DNA of 64,000 bases from assembly GCA_036679605.1 (NCBI GenBank), contig JAZDCZ010000091.1, forward strand, positions 8,521-72,520. The letters run 5' to 3'. The notes below the pieces were generated by a model. The model saw only the letters and a program-made list of their open reading frames with translations, was not told the DNA's origin and ran no database searches. Below, in pieces: positions 35,526 through 46,319 of this stretch. The stretch is from Gemmatimonadota bacterium (GTDB lineage Bacteria; Gemmatimonadota; Gemmatimonadetes; Gemmatimonadales; GWC2-71-9). The position numbers were made by a program, and so were the translations under genes. Position 1 is the first letter of the stretch, and every line of letters begins with the position of its first letter.

Positions 35526-38204
35526 ATGACCGAGATCACGTCCAAGCTCTCGACCGCCCTCGCTGACCGCTACAAGATCGAACGCCACTTGGGCGAAGGT
35601 GGCATGGCGACCGTCTATCTGGCCGAGGACTTGAAGCACAAGCGGAAGGTGGCGGTCAAGGTACTGCGCCCCGAACTCGCAGCGGTGCTTGGAGCCGAGC
35701 GTTTCGTGCAGGAGATCACGACCACTGCCAATCTTCAGCATCCGCACATCCTGCCATTGTTCGATTCTGGCGAGGCCGACGGCTTTCTCTACTACGTCAT
35801 GCCCTACATCGAAGGGGAGACGCTGCGCGACAAGCTGAACCGTGAATCGCAACTGAGTATCGACGAGGCGGTGAAGATCACGACCGAGGTGGCCGATGCA
35901 CTCGACTACGCACACCGCGCCAGCGTGATCCATCGAGACATCAAGCCGGAGAACATCCTGCTGCACGATGGGCGGGCGATGGTAGCGGACTTTGGGATCG
36001 CGTTGGCGGTGAGTGCCGCCGCAGGTGGCCGGATGACCGAGACGGGACTGAGTCTTGGAACGCCGCACTATATGTCTCCTGAACAGGCGACGGCAGAGAA
36101 AGACCTGACGAATCGTTCCGACATCTATTCGTTGGGAACCGTGCTATACGAGTTACTCGCTGGTGCGCCACCACATCTTGGTGGTTCAGCGCAGCAGATC
36201 ATCATGAAGATCGTGACCGACGAGGCACGACCGATCACGGAGCTACGGAAGTCGGTGCCACCCCATGTTGCGGCCGCGACGGCCAAGTCGTTGGAGAAGT
36301 TGGCGGCGGATCGGTTCGAGAGTGCGGCCAAGTTTGCGGAAGCATTGATGAACCCGGCGTTCACGTTGCCGACGACACAGGCGGCGACGGTGGCAGGTGC
36401 ACCAGCGAGCGAGCCGTGGACTCGTTTGAGTGTTCTTGGATGGAGCGTCGCAGCGGTTGCAATCATCGTTGCTCTGTGGGGTTGGCTGCGGCCCCAACCG
36501 GAAGTACCGAAGCGTGTCTTGCGCTACAGCATTGCTCTGCCCGAAGGCGAGGCACTTGTCAGCAGGTTCGCGAGGCTAGCGATCTCACCCAATGGGTCGC
36601 GGCTGGTTTACATCGGCGAGAGCGACGGAGCCCGTCGCTTGTGGGTGAGACCACGGGACCAGCTACATGCGACTCCGTTAGCGGGAACGGAAGGGGCGGA
36701 TGCACCGTTCCTCTCGCCGGACGGCGACAGAGTGGGATTCTTCATAGGGAGGAGCATCCTGAGGGTCGCCTCGCTTCGCGGTGGTCCTCCCGTGACGGTG
36801 ACTGACTCTCTCGTGGGAGTCGCGGGTGCCTCGTGGGGGCCAGATGGTTTCCTGTACTCCGACGGGAGCGGGTTCGTTCCGCTCGTTCGAGTGGCGGCGA
36901 CCGGAGGCGTGCCGCAGTGGTTCACAACACTCGACAGTGCACAGGGCGAGATCGATCACGTATGGCCCGACGCCCTACCCAACGGTAAGGGCGTGATATT
37001 CACTGTACGCCATGGTCTGAACAGCGAATTGGCCGACATTGCCGTGGCAGAGGTAGCCACGGGCACCCACAAGATACTCGTGCGCGGCGTCTATGCCCGC
37101 TACGCGGCGTCGGGGCACCTCGTGTATGTGACAGCGGACGGAACACTGATGGGCCAACCGTTTGATCAGGATGCGTTGGAGCTCAGAGGTGAAGCGACGG
37201 CCTTGCTTGACGGGGTGGCCCTAAGGAGCACCGGTGGGACGCTCGTTGCGCCCGATCTCACGGTGTCGGTGACGGGAACGTTGATGTACTCGACCGGAGC
37301 CGGGGTAAGAGATTCCGCCGCTGTAGTGTGGGTGACGCGGGACGGGACGGCTGAGGAGGTCGATCCGGGCTGGATTGACAGATTCCAAGAACTCGCTCTC
37401 TCTCGGGATGGCGCCCAATTGGCGGTCAGCATCGCCACAAGCGAGGAATCACAGATTTGGATCAAGCAACTGAATCGCGGGCCGCTGTCCAAGCTCACTT
37501 TCGACGGCGTTGTGAACATTCGGCCCTCGTGGACTCCGGATGGAAGGTCAGTGGCGTTTGTATCGGGTCGCTTTTCCGCTCGTGATCTCTTTGTGAGGCG
37601 GGCGGACGGAACGGCGTTGGCCGAAGTGCTGCGGGACGAGGAGCGGCAACTGCAGGAGGTACGGTACTCTGACGATGGGGAGTGGATGGTGTATCGGATT
37701 GGGGCCGGACCGACCAGCGACCTCCATGCGCTCCGAGTGGGCGTGGACAGCGCCTTGGTAGAACTCGTCGCAACTGAGCACCAAGAAACCGAACCGGCAC
37801 TCTCACCCGATAGCCGATGGTTGGCGTACGTCTCCGACGAGACGGGACGATCAGAGATTTACGTGCGTCCCTTCCCGAATGCGGCAGAGGGAAAGTGGCA
37901 GGTCTCGACGGACGGAGGCACCGAGCCAGCGTGGGCGCACAGTGGGCGGGAGTTGTTCTATCGAAACGGTCGCGACGAGTTAGTACGGGTGGAGGTGTTG
38001 AGAGGTGCGACGTTCGTCACCGGGGACCAGCAGGTGCTTTTCTCGGCACGAGAGTATCTCAGTAGTTTGTTCTACCGAATGTACGACGTGACACCTGACG
38101 ATCAGCGGTTCGTAATGTTGCGGAACCTCGGTGGGGAGGATGCAGGCGAGTTGATCGTGGTCGAGAACTTCTTCGAGGAGTTGAAGGCGAAGGTGGGGAA
38201 TTGA
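35526..38204 (+). CDS. Ser/Thr protein kinase with TM and PD40/TolB-like beta-propeller
   Basis: GEGGMATVY, VAVK, HRDIKPEN, DFG, SPDG repeats. Confidence 0.95.
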   Translation: MTEITSKLSTALADRYKIERHLGEGGMATVYLAEDLKHKRKVAVKVLRPELAAVLGAERFVQEITTTANLQHPHILPLFDSGEADGFLYYVMPYIEGETLRDKLNRESQLSIDEAVKITTEVADALDYAHRASVIHRDIKPENILLHDGRAMVADFGIALAVSAAAGGRMTETGLSLGTPHYMSPEQATAEKDLTNRSDIYSLGTVLYELLAGAPPHLGGSAQQIIMKIVTDEARPITELRKSVPPHVAAATAKSLEKLAADRFESAAKFAEALMNPAFTLPTTQAATVAGAPASEPWTRLSVLGWSVAAVAIIVALWGWLRPQPEVPKRVLRYSIALPEGEALVSRFARLAISPNGSRLVYIGESDGARRLWVRPRDQLHATPLAGTEGADAPFLSPDGDRVGFFIGRSILRVASLRGGPPVTVTDSLVGVAGASWGPDGFLYSDGSGFVPLVRVAATGGVPQWFTTLDSAQGEIDHVWPDALPNGKGVIFTVRHGLNSELADIAVAEVATGTHKILVRGVYARYAASGHLVYVTADGTLMGQPFDQDALELRGEATALLDGVALRSTGGTLVAPDLTVSVTGTLMYSTGAGVRDSAAVVWVTRDGTAEEVDPGWIDRFQELALSRDGAQLAVSIATSEESQIWIKQLNRGPLSKLTFDGVVNIRPSWTPDGRSVAFVSGRFSARDLFVRRADGTALAEVLRDEERQLQEVRYSDDGEWMVYRIGAGPTSDLHALRVGVDSALVELVATEHQETEPALSPDSRWLAYVSDETGRSEIYVRPFPNAAEGKWQVSTDGGTEPAWAHSGRELFYRNGRDELVRVEVLRGATFVTGDQQVLFSAREYLSSLFYRMYDVTPDDQRFVMLRNLGGEDAGELIVVENFFEELKAKVGN

Positions 38205-38249
38205 CCGAGATCACGTCCAAGCTCTCGACCGCGCTCGCTGACCGCTACA

Positions 38250-39326
38250 ATGAAATACACTAGACCGGCCTCCCTGGCGCTCGTCGTAGGGCTCGCCGGT
38301 ATTGGCCGTGCAGAAGCACAGGTAGTCCAGCGCAACGCGCAGTTCCGGCTGCCCGCGAGCTACAACTTCAAGTTTTACAACCAATATCCCGAAGCGGCAC
38401 GGAGTTTCTATGCCGCGCATTTCGCCCACTTTAGTGCGTATGAAGTGTTGCTAAATAGCGGTCCGGACGCCGTGAACGAGATGCAACGGATCGAGGAACA
38501 GATCCGGTACTACGTTGCCAATCCGCCGCGCCTCGAGCCGCCGGCCGAGATCATCGCGCCGAACTGGTCCAAGATTGCCTATCCGACTGGCCAGGCAATG
38601 GACTGGACCCACATGCTACACTCGCAGCTCTACGATATCCTCACTGACGACCAGATCGAGGACAAGAGGGCGGCCGGTGAGCGGGCGATCTCATACTACC
38701 TGAGCAACTTGAGGTCCGCCTTCTCCACCCGAGGCTACGGGCATGCGTTCATGTTGGCCGGAGGGTCGTGGGCCGAAACATTCGCACGCAAGTATCCAGC
38801 GTTCAACGCGATCCTCTGGGCCTACCACTGGCATCACGCAGCTGTATACGAAGCACTGATGGAATCTGATACGACCGCACGACGCGCGGGGCTCAACCGC
38901 GTGATCCGTGTATTCGCCGACTCGGTGCTCGTGAACCCTCCGACGTACATGCCCCTGACAGCACAGTTTGCGCCCAGGTTCGCGGAGCTCTGGCCTGCTG
39001 CCGCGCAGATCTTCGACAATCTGCACATGATGCATGACGTGGTGAACGACATCATGGCTGATGAGCGCATGCCGCGGGAGGCAAAGGGGCGGGAAATTGA
39101 CCGTATGCTCCGACAAATGCTGTATGCCAATCAGGAGTGGGTGATCCCTCCACCGCTCCCACCCGAAGCGCACAGCCAAATGCCGATGGAAGCCATGACG
39201 GTTCCTACACAGTTGCCGGATGGCCGCTGGCTACCGCAGGGTCACCCGGACGCACGTCGGCCAGCGACGGGGCACAAAATGCCGGCCGGGCCCCGTGACA
39301 CCCAACTGCCTGATAAGGCACGGTGA
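38250..39326 (+). CDS. Secreted His/Met-rich protein, possibly metal-binding
   Basis: Signal peptide; DWTHMLH, WAYHWHH, DNLHMMHD. Confidence 0.7.
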   Translation: MKYTRPASLALVVGLAGIGRAEAQVVQRNAQFRLPASYNFKFYNQYPEAARSFYAAHFAHFSAYEVLLNSGPDAVNEMQRIEEQIRYYVANPPRLEPPAEIIAPNWSKIAYPTGQAMDWTHMLHSQLYDILTDDQIEDKRAAGERAISYYLSNLRSAFSTRGYGHAFMLAGGSWAETFARKYPAFNAILWAYHWHHAAVYEALMESDTTARRAGLNRVIRVFADSVLVNPPTYMPLTAQFAPRFAELWPAAAQIFDNLHMMHDVVNDIMADERMPREAKGREIDRMLRQMLYANQEWVIPPPLPPEAHSQMPMEAMTVPTQLPDGRWLPQGHPDARRPATGHKMPAGPRDTQLPDKAR

Positions 39327-39329
39327 CCA

Positions 39330-40145
39330 ATGCGGGATGACACTGCTCTTTGGGTAGTGGCTCTTTCACTCGGAGTCACCGGAGCGATACACGCCCAGGA
39401 GGATTTCCGGGCGGCGGACGCAGACAGACCCATACGGGTTGAGGACGCCTATCCCGTCAAGCTCTACGAGTGGGAATGGGAACTCGGAAGCCGAGGGGAG
39501 TTTGCCGAAGGTGGCGAGTCCATCATCTCGGAAATCTTTGAGTTGAAAACCGGCGTCGCCCGTAACTGGCAACTTGGCCTGGACGTCCATGGGGGTCAGG
39601 AACGCGCGGCGGGTGTGTGGCAGGGCGGCATCGAGGAGTTTAGCGGGCATGTGCTCTACAACCTTAACCAAGAAGGCAGACGCACCCCAGCACTTGCCAT
39701 GCGTGCGGACGTATTCAGCCCCGGCATCGGGGACGGTGGTCGAGAGGAACTCGGCGTTCGGCTGCGAGCGATCCTGACGCGCAGTGTTGGTCGTCTGCGC
39801 CTTCACTTCAACGGAGCCTACGACTGGGCGAGCACCGTCGATGGCGCAGACTTTTGGAGCGGTGGGCTCGCGTTCGATTACCCCATCGGACTATTCAGCA
39901 AGGCTGTCCTCGGCGATATGTATAGTGAGATCCCGGTCAACGGTGGTGACGCTCGTGTATGGGCGGAGCTTGGTACGAGGTTTCAGCTCACCAACTCCAC
40001 AGTGTTGGACCTGGGGGTCACAAGTCGCGTTGACCAATGGAGGGATGGGGTTGCCAACCTTGGACTCGTGGTCGGGTTGTCGCGCGTGTTTGGGATCGCG
40101 GGACTCATCAAGGTCCCGCCGTATCCGAACCCGCGGATCAACTAA
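39330..40145 (+). CDS. Putative outer-membrane beta-barrel protein
   Basis: Signal peptide; alternating beta-strand pattern. Confidence 0.6.
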   Translation: MRDDTALWVVALSLGVTGAIHAQEDFRAADADRPIRVEDAYPVKLYEWEWELGSRGEFAEGGESIISEIFELKTGVARNWQLGLDVHGGQERAAGVWQGGIEEFSGHVLYNLNQEGRRTPALAMRADVFSPGIGDGGREELGVRLRAILTRSVGRLRLHFNGAYDWASTVDGADFWSGGLAFDYPIGLFSKAVLGDMYSEIPVNGGDARVWAELGTRFQLTNSTVLDLGVTSRVDQWRDGVANLGLVVGLSRVFGIAGLIKVPPYPNPRIN

Positions 40146-40223
40146 CGCCCGACCAACTCGGCTGTCACCGGGATCTGCAATTTCAAATTGACAATCGATT
40201 AACAGGTTGCACACCGTCTACGG

Positions 40224-40312
40224 GCTTTGCGAGCAGGAAGTCGTCGGTTCAAATCCCCGCCACTCGCCTTTCGGCTCGTGGCATTACCGTTGCAAATCCG
40301 GCCGCCCAGACT
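40224..40312 (+). repeat. Degenerate tRNA-Pro 3' half interrupted by hairpin (old att site)
   Basis: GCTTTGCGAGCAGGAAGTCGTCGGTTCAAATCC + hairpin + CAAATCCGGCCGCCCAGACT. Confidence 0.85.
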
Positions 40313-40374
40313 GCATCAGCTTGGCCTCTGGCCGCCGCTCCAGCAAGAGTTACCACAATGCCACCACCGCATGG

Positions 40375-41292
40375 TTAATGTCGGAAGAGTACGTCCTCTC
40401 GACCTCGCACATCGCCATCCGAGACAGGGACTTCTTGGCCCTCTCGCCAGAAATAGGGTCTATAGCCCAGCCCGCTCAACAGGCGCTTCACTTCAGGATA
40501 TGTGTTCGGAGCGCGTCGCGAGCCGTCAGGGCCACGCACCTCGATCCATAGCGGTGGGTACGCCGCAGCCTCCAGTGTCCTAGTCATCCCGGATACGGCC
40601 TCTACCTCGTGCCCTTCGACGTCACACTTGATGAGCTGCAACCTGTCGAGGTCAAGATCGAGTTTGGCAAGACAATCGTCGAGCAAGTCGCAGTCCACCT
40701 GGACGGAGTCCCGGTATCGGTCATCTGGGCCCGTGCCCTCAGATACCAACGAACTCGATGCGGGTTTCCATGCCCGGTAAAACTGCGCAGTTCGTTTGGC
40801 GTCAGAAACTGCAACGTTGACGCAGGTAACTGAGGATCCCGTTTGAAACCGCGTGCTGCGTGAAAGAGACTCGTAGGTATCGGGGTCCGGCTCGAACGCG
40901 CCCACGGCACCCTCGCGCCCGAGCAATCCTGCCGCGAAGAACGAGAAAAAACCCAAGTGAGCGCCGATGTCCACGAATACTCCGCCCGGTGACAGTTCCT
41001 GCTGCATGAAACGAGGAAAAGGTTCATTCATCCAATAGTTCCCCCAAGCCGTTGGGAAATAGAAGATCTTCCGCTGATGGGGAATAGAAAGGTTGAGTTC
41101 CAATCGCGGTGCCTTCCCGCACGGTTCGCTGACCATCCAGGGCGGATCGGGAATAGGGAGGATCGCTCCGACTAAGCCAGAGAACTGTGGGGCGAGGCGC
41201 CGCGTGGGGTAATGCTTGGTAAGCGCCCGTACAAATTTATGCGCGGCACCGGCCAGTGATGGCGTAATATCCAACAAAGGATTGTCTATCAT
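40375..41292 (-). CDS. FkbM-family SAM methyltransferase
   Basis: VDIGAHLG, AFEP, IKCDVEGHE. Confidence 0.9.
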   Translation of the reverse strand: MIDNPLLDITPSLAGAAHKFVRALTKHYPTRRLAPQFSGLVGAILPIPDPPWMVSEPCGKAPRLELNLSIPHQRKIFYFPTAWGNYWMNEPFPRFMQQELSPGGVFVDIGAHLGFFSFFAAGLLGREGAVGAFEPDPDTYESLSRSTRFQTGSSVTCVNVAVSDAKRTAQFYRAWKPASSSLVSEGTGPDDRYRDSVQVDCDLLDDCLAKLDLDLDRLQLIKCDVEGHEVEAVSGMTRTLEAAAYPPLWIEVRGPDGSRRAPNTYPEVKRLLSGLGYRPYFWREGQEVPVSDGDVRGREDVLFRH

Positions 41293-41327
41293 CAGGAGAG
41301 AGACCCTAGGCCCCTAGGTTTTCACAA

Positions 41328-42521
41328 CTAATTCCCGGACGCCATTTCGGCCGGCGCCACAGTGTAGAGGGAGGACATGCCGCCCTGGAGGTGCGGGCCG
41401 ACGTGGCAGTGGAACATCCATACACCGGGGTTATCGGGGACCATGTCCGCAACCAGCATGCCCATCGTCAGCAGCGTGCTGACATCGGTACGCATGTTCT
41501 GAGTGACCACCGTGTTGCCGTGCCAGTGAGGTGCGTGGACCTCGAAGTTGGTCGATGCCATGAGGTACCAACGGACATGCTCGCCCACCTTCATCTCGAG
41601 ACCGGGTAGGTTGCCGAATACGAATCCGTTCAGCGATTCCATCAAATTGTAGTCGCCCAGATAGTCAGAATCCGGCGCCATGATGATTGGACCGCCGAAC
41701 GGGTCCTTTAGGATCTTCTGGCCATCGGGGTCGCTCGTGTAGGTCCGGATATTCTCCTCTAGATACCAGCTCTCGTTCTCGAAGACTTCGTGGAACGAGA
41801 CGATCAACTCTCGGTCGACTCCCTTTGGCGTGCCATCTTCCTTCGTCGTACCCGCAGCACTGATGATCATCGGTCCCATAAGACCGGAGTTCACATCTGG
41901 TACGTCGTTCTTATGAGAGTGATACATCCACATGATAGAACTCGGATCACCTTCGGCCGGCCCGGCACGCTCTGGAACAGGCCATACGTAGGTGTGCGTA
42001 CCTCCCTGAGGAACCCCGTCGTCTGCCTTGTCCGGACCGCTGGTACCATCTTCGTAAGGCGCGCCTTCGGAATCCTTATCGTAAATGACGCCGTGCGGGT
42101 GAACGCTAGCCAGAAACCCCGAGTTGTTGCGGAACACGATCCGAACCGTGTCACCCACCTCGGCGCGAACCAGCGGCCCAAGAAGACCGAGGTGTTCCCA
42201 TTCGGGTGGGCGTGGCTTCAGGGTCGTGAAACTGGAGTCGGTGTACTCGCGATAAAGCGCTTTCTTGTACTCCTTGCCGATGCGGTGTGGACCGCTCTCG
42301 ACCCACTGGGCTTCGGCCTCACCGAATGGCTTGCCGGTGATCTTGTTCATGCCGCTCGGCGCGTAATCCCAGACCACCTCGTCCGCCGCGATATAGTAAG
42401 TGCGCGTAACCCCGCTAGGGGTCGAAGAGCGAAAACTGACGAGCGCGAGACCACCAGCGAGTAGCGATATAATGAGAGCGCTGGCTAGAAGAGTGTGTCG
42501 TTTCTTTTGAACGGCGGACAT
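41328..42521 (-). CDS. Two-domain multicopper oxidase
   Basis: HPHG, MYHSH, HAPHWHG, HCHVGPHLQGGM. Confidence 0.92.
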   Translation of the reverse strand: MSAVQKKRHTLLASALIISLLAGGLALVSFRSSTPSGVTRTYYIAADEVVWDYAPSGMNKITGKPFGEAEAQWVESGPHRIGKEYKKALYREYTDSSFTTLKPRPPEWEHLGLLGPLVRAEVGDTVRIVFRNNSGFLASVHPHGVIYDKDSEGAPYEDGTSGPDKADDGVPQGGTHTYVWPVPERAGPAEGDPSSIMWMYHSHKNDVPDVNSGLMGPMIISAAGTTKEDGTPKGVDRELIVSFHEVFENESWYLEENIRTYTSDPDGQKILKDPFGGPIIMAPDSDYLGDYNLMESLNGFVFGNLPGLEMKVGEHVRWYLMASTNFEVHAPHWHGNTVVTQNMRTDVSTLLTMGMLVADMVPDNPGVWMFHCHVGPHLQGGMSSLYTVAPAEMASGN

Positions 42522-42702
42522 TATGCACCTCGTGAGGGTCGTGAATCGGCCCTGAGATTATCCGCGTCTACACCGCGCCCTCTGGAGGGCGTTGTCACGG
42601 TGTCTGCAGGTGGCGGGGTCCCAGGACTGCCAGTGTAGATGTGCTTCGCGGCTAGTATGAAGGTGGTTCCGCTAACAGTCAAGTCGACGGCCAGCTCTAG
42701 CC

Positions 42703-43707
42703 TTATCGCCGCACCTGGAACCGATTGGTGATATTGAACCGTATTTCCATCTTGATGCTACCGAGTTGGCCCTCGCCTCCCAACTGCATATCCATAATCA
42801 GAACAGCCCGTGAACTCCCCGACACGAAGGCGTTCCACCCAGTGGACCATATTACCCTGGTTGCAAAGGCTCCACTCACTGTGGTCGTACCCTCGACTCC
42901 ATCTTCGATCTCTGAGGCGGTTACCGGAGCGAACTGTCCACTCACGCTCATGTAGGCCAAGGTGTCACGCGGAGCGACCACAAAGCTGTCCAGAGTGACG
43001 TTTGCCTGGGCAACGAGGTCTGCCGCCTCGATCAGTGTCGGTGTACTTCCTGCATCCAAGCTCTTGGTTAGATCGAACGGGAAGGTCACTTCCGTCGACC
43101 AGGTGCTGCCCGCAGATACCGGATCCACTGGCAGCCCAAGCTCGATCCCGCCGTGCGGCGCTCGCAAAAAGCCCTGTAACATCTCGCCCACACTGTCCGG
43201 TTTCAGCAGCTCGAATTGAGATATCTCGAGTCTATCGCTGAACACGATTGTTGCCGATGTCGCAGGGAGTCGATCGGTCGGCAACGCTTCCCACGCTTCG
43301 TCCTGGGTACGGGCTCGAGCGCGAATGGAGTCGATCGTACGAAACACAGAATAGCGATCCGACTGCACTTCGAATACGTCTTCAGTCAGGTATTGGCGCA
43401 TCTCCATCTGAATCGTGAGGCTGTCGCTTCCGAACTCGGCCATCGCCGCATCGAGGCTGTCGCGAATCGATACGTCTGCGGTATCGGCGCCAAAAGCGGC
43501 GGCCATGCCCTCACCAAGATCGGCCGCGAGGCCCAGGAGTCCCCCGAGTGGTATCTTCATTTCCGCGTCCGTCCACGAGACGGTGCGGACGACCATGCGT
43601 TTGCTAGGATGGTACCGCAGTAGGATCGTCTCTTGGGCTGCAAGCTCGATCGCAAGGGCAGGCATGAGCCCGCAGAGGGCCACAACGGCTACGATGGGAC
43701 GGCGCAT
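42703..43707 (-). CDS. Hypothetical secreted protein
   Basis: Signal peptide; AGGAGG RBS. Confidence 0.65.
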   Translation of the reverse strand: MRRPIVAVVALCGLMPALAIELAAQETILLRYHPSKRMVVRTVSWTDAEMKIPLGGLLGLAADLGEGMAAAFGADTADVSIRDSLDAAMAEFGSDSLTIQMEMRQYLTEDVFEVQSDRYSVFRTIDSIRARARTQDEAWEALPTDRLPATSATIVFSDRLEISQFELLKPDSVGEMLQGFLRAPHGGIELGLPVDPVSAGSTWSTEVTFPFDLTKSLDAGSTPTLIEAADLVAQANVTLDSFVVAPRDTLAYMSVSGQFAPVTASEIEDGVEGTTTVSGAFATRVIWSTGWNAFVSGSSRAVLIMDMQLGGEGQLGSIKMEIRFNITNRFQVRR

Positions 43708-43928
43708 AACTGAAACCCTCCTTGGGTTCGGAAGGCGATTCTGGAGGAGTCAGTGGAAACTATGCCTCGGACTGCCAGTAGGCAATACGCTAAGACGGCC
43801 TCGAGAACAGCCACCCGCTCACTCTTTTGAACAAGGTCGTAACACGTTGACCAACTTATACTTAGATGGCTTGATCTTTTGTGCTACATGAAGCACTTTC
43901 ACTTTTCCATCAACAAGGACAAGTCGTG

Positions 43929-44903
43929 ATGCTGTCTAGAGTGTCGATGGTGTGTCTAGCTGTCGTAGCCTTTAGCTCTTCGAGTGGGGCACAGTCGACC
44001 GTGCCGACAGGTATCCAGCGCAAGCTGACCGCAATTGGCTACAGCTCACCCTACGCTGAGTCCATGGAGATATATCAACCTCTGCTGGCAGCTGTCCCCA
44101 AGGACGGAGTAGACGTAATCAAAGACATCGGCTACGGCGAGCACCCCCGCAACAAGCTGGACCTTTATCGACCGGCGGACCTCGCCAAGGGTCCCGTTTT
44201 CGTGTTCGTTCATGGCGGCGGTTATAGCAGCGGTGACCGCGATCTCAATAGTGAGGTCTATGGAAATATTCCGACATACTTTGCGCGCCACGGAATGCTG
44301 AGCATCAACGCTACCTATCGCCTTGCTCCCGAGGCGTCATGGCCCTCAGGTGCCCAAGATATCGCGGCGCTTGTGAGCTGGATCCAGGCGAATGCTGCCT
44401 CGTATGGAGGTGATCCGGAACAGATTTTCATGATGGGGCATTCGGCGGGAGCAACCCATGTTGCTACGTACGCATTCGACTCTAGATTCCAACCCGCGGA
44501 CGGGACCGGATTGAGCGGAATCGTGCTGGTTAGCGGACGCTATGATCTTGCGTGGGATCCAGACGATCCGGGTCTCAAGGGGGTTCGGCAATACTTTGGT
44601 AACGACCCTTCGCTCTACGGCCCCCGATCGGTGATCACTCACGTAGCGAACAGCGAGGTGACGGCGATGCTGGTTATCGCAGAGTACGATCAGCGTAATC
44701 TTGTTGCTACTACGGGCCAACTGTTTGTTGCGCTGTGCGAAAGGGATGACGGAAGATGCCCCCGCTTAGTGCAGCTCAAGTACCACAACCACTTCTCGGA
44801 GGTTCTCCATATCAATACGACGGATGATCTCCTGGGGAACGAGATCGTGGACTTCGTGACGGTGGGAGCCCGGCGTCAACGGGAGCGCTCACGCGCCCGC
44901 TGA
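43929..44903 (+). CDS. Alpha/beta hydrolase (HSL-like esterase)
   Basis: HGGG and GHSAG motifs. Confidence 0.9.
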   Translation: MLSRVSMVCLAVVAFSSSSGAQSTVPTGIQRKLTAIGYSSPYAESMEIYQPLLAAVPKDGVDVIKDIGYGEHPRNKLDLYRPADLAKGPVFVFVHGGGYSSGDRDLNSEVYGNIPTYFARHGMLSINATYRLAPEASWPSGAQDIAALVSWIQANAASYGGDPEQIFMMGHSAGATHVATYAFDSRFQPADGTGLSGIVLVSGRYDLAWDPDDPGLKGVRQYFGNDPSLYGPRSVITHVANSEVTAMLVIAEYDQRNLVATTGQLFVALCERDDGRCPRLVQLKYHNHFSEVLHINTTDDLLGNEIVDFVTVGARRQRERSRAR

Positions 44904-44951
44904 TGAAATGGATTCAGTCGGCGAACAAGCAGTTTCCCCAAGCGAGAAGCG

Positions 44952-45260
44952 TTACTTCATATCGGCTGCCTCCCGGCTGCCCTGCATCTCCTGTTTGATC
45001 CGATCGAAATTCCACGCCAGTGCGTGGAGGATCACTACGGTGACGGCACACATGATCGCGAACACGGCCACGATGGTTGCGGCGAACCACAGCACGTTCT
45101 CCAAGGTCAGCTGGGCCAGCATCGGGACCAACAGGAAAAACGCCAGGATCATTAGCGCCAAGCTGTAGCGCTGCATTCGATGGGCCATGACGGCCGGTGG
45201 GATAGTGTGTTTCTTGACCAAAAAGACGCCGGGAGAGGTCTCTATCGTTGGTCTCTTCAT
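44952..45260 (-). CDS. Small 2-TM membrane protein
   Basis: Two hydrophobic helices. Confidence 0.55.
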   Translation of the reverse strand: MKRPTIETSPGVFLVKKHTIPPAVMAHRMQRYSLALMILAFFLLVPMLAQLTLENVLWFAATIVAVFAIMCAVTVVILHALAWNFDRIKQEMQGSREAADMK

Positions 45261-45390
45261 TCCGTACCCCCAATGTTAGACCTTCCAACATTTGAAGAAA
45301 CCGTTGGTAGGTCAAGTATCGTCCTTCCTGGGGAGACTGGCTTGCCGCCTTGGCGAGCAGGGGATCGCGATTAAATTGCGGTCGCAATGG

Positions 45391-45464
<74 letters not shown>

Positions 45465-45475
45465 TACCACTGCGG

Positions 45476-46192
45476 TTAGGATCGGGAAGCCGGCTCCGTT
45501 TCGAGGGCACGAACGAACAACACATTATTTTCCTTGTGAATGTGCTCGTGAGTATCAGCTTCGAGAGTCTCGAGACCGTCCAACATCGCGCGGAACGTGT
45601 TGCACGCGCCCTCAGGCGCGGTGAAATCATCGGTGAGCTTTCGGAGATGTTGCAGAGCCTGCCCAGCGTTCTCGTGCTCCCGCTCCATAACGGAAATCGG
45701 GTTACCGATACCGCCGCAATGAAAGGACCCTGAGTCAACAGCCCGATCCAGCTCCCGTATCATGGGAAACAGGATCTGTTCCTCCTTCATCATGTGCGGC
45801 TCCAACTCCGCCACCAGATCGGCGTAGGTTGACCGGACCGCATCGAGCCATGGATATTTGTCGCCGTGTGCGGCGACGACCTTCTGGATGAGACCACCTA
45901 TCCGTGGGAGTTCGCGACGAAGAAACTCGTGATGAGTACTCTCAATGTGGTTCACCAATTCGGTCATCGTCATTGCTGTGGGGTTCGCCACTGCCGCGAC
46001 GCCTGCTGTCTCTATTGCTTCCAACTCTCTGAGCACCGCTCTTGCATCGAGATCTCTTTCGCGACAAGCCTCCTCAACGCTGCGTTTGCCACCGCAACAG
46101 TAGTCGATGCCGTGACGCTCAAACACACGAGAGCGTGCCGGCTTTTCCGCTACAAGAGCCCCAACCTTCTGATGAATGTCTAGCTTCTCCAT
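45476..46192 (-). CDS. ric: Iron-sulfur cluster repair di-iron protein
   Basis: GIDYCCGG, HMMKEE.ILFP, HIHKENNVLF. Confidence 0.95.
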   Translation of the reverse strand: MEKLDIHQKVGALVAEKPARSRVFERHGIDYCCGGKRSVEEACRERDLDARAVLRELEAIETAGVAAVANPTAMTMTELVNHIESTHHEFLRRELPRIGGLIQKVVAAHGDKYPWLDAVRSTYADLVAELEPHMMKEEQILFPMIRELDRAVDSGSFHCGGIGNPISVMEREHENAGQALQHLRKLTDDFTAPEGACNTFRAMLDGLETLEADTHEHIHKENNVLFVRALETEPASRS

Positions 46193-46319
46193 GGTTTATC
46201 CTTCCCGATAGCGTTGATTCGTCTTAGTGTAGAAGCAAGCTATGCGGGTCCGGTAAAGCCGCGTTAAAGGAATCATGAAGCTTTCATGAAGGCTGCACGA
46301 CAAGACGAAGGAATAGTTG

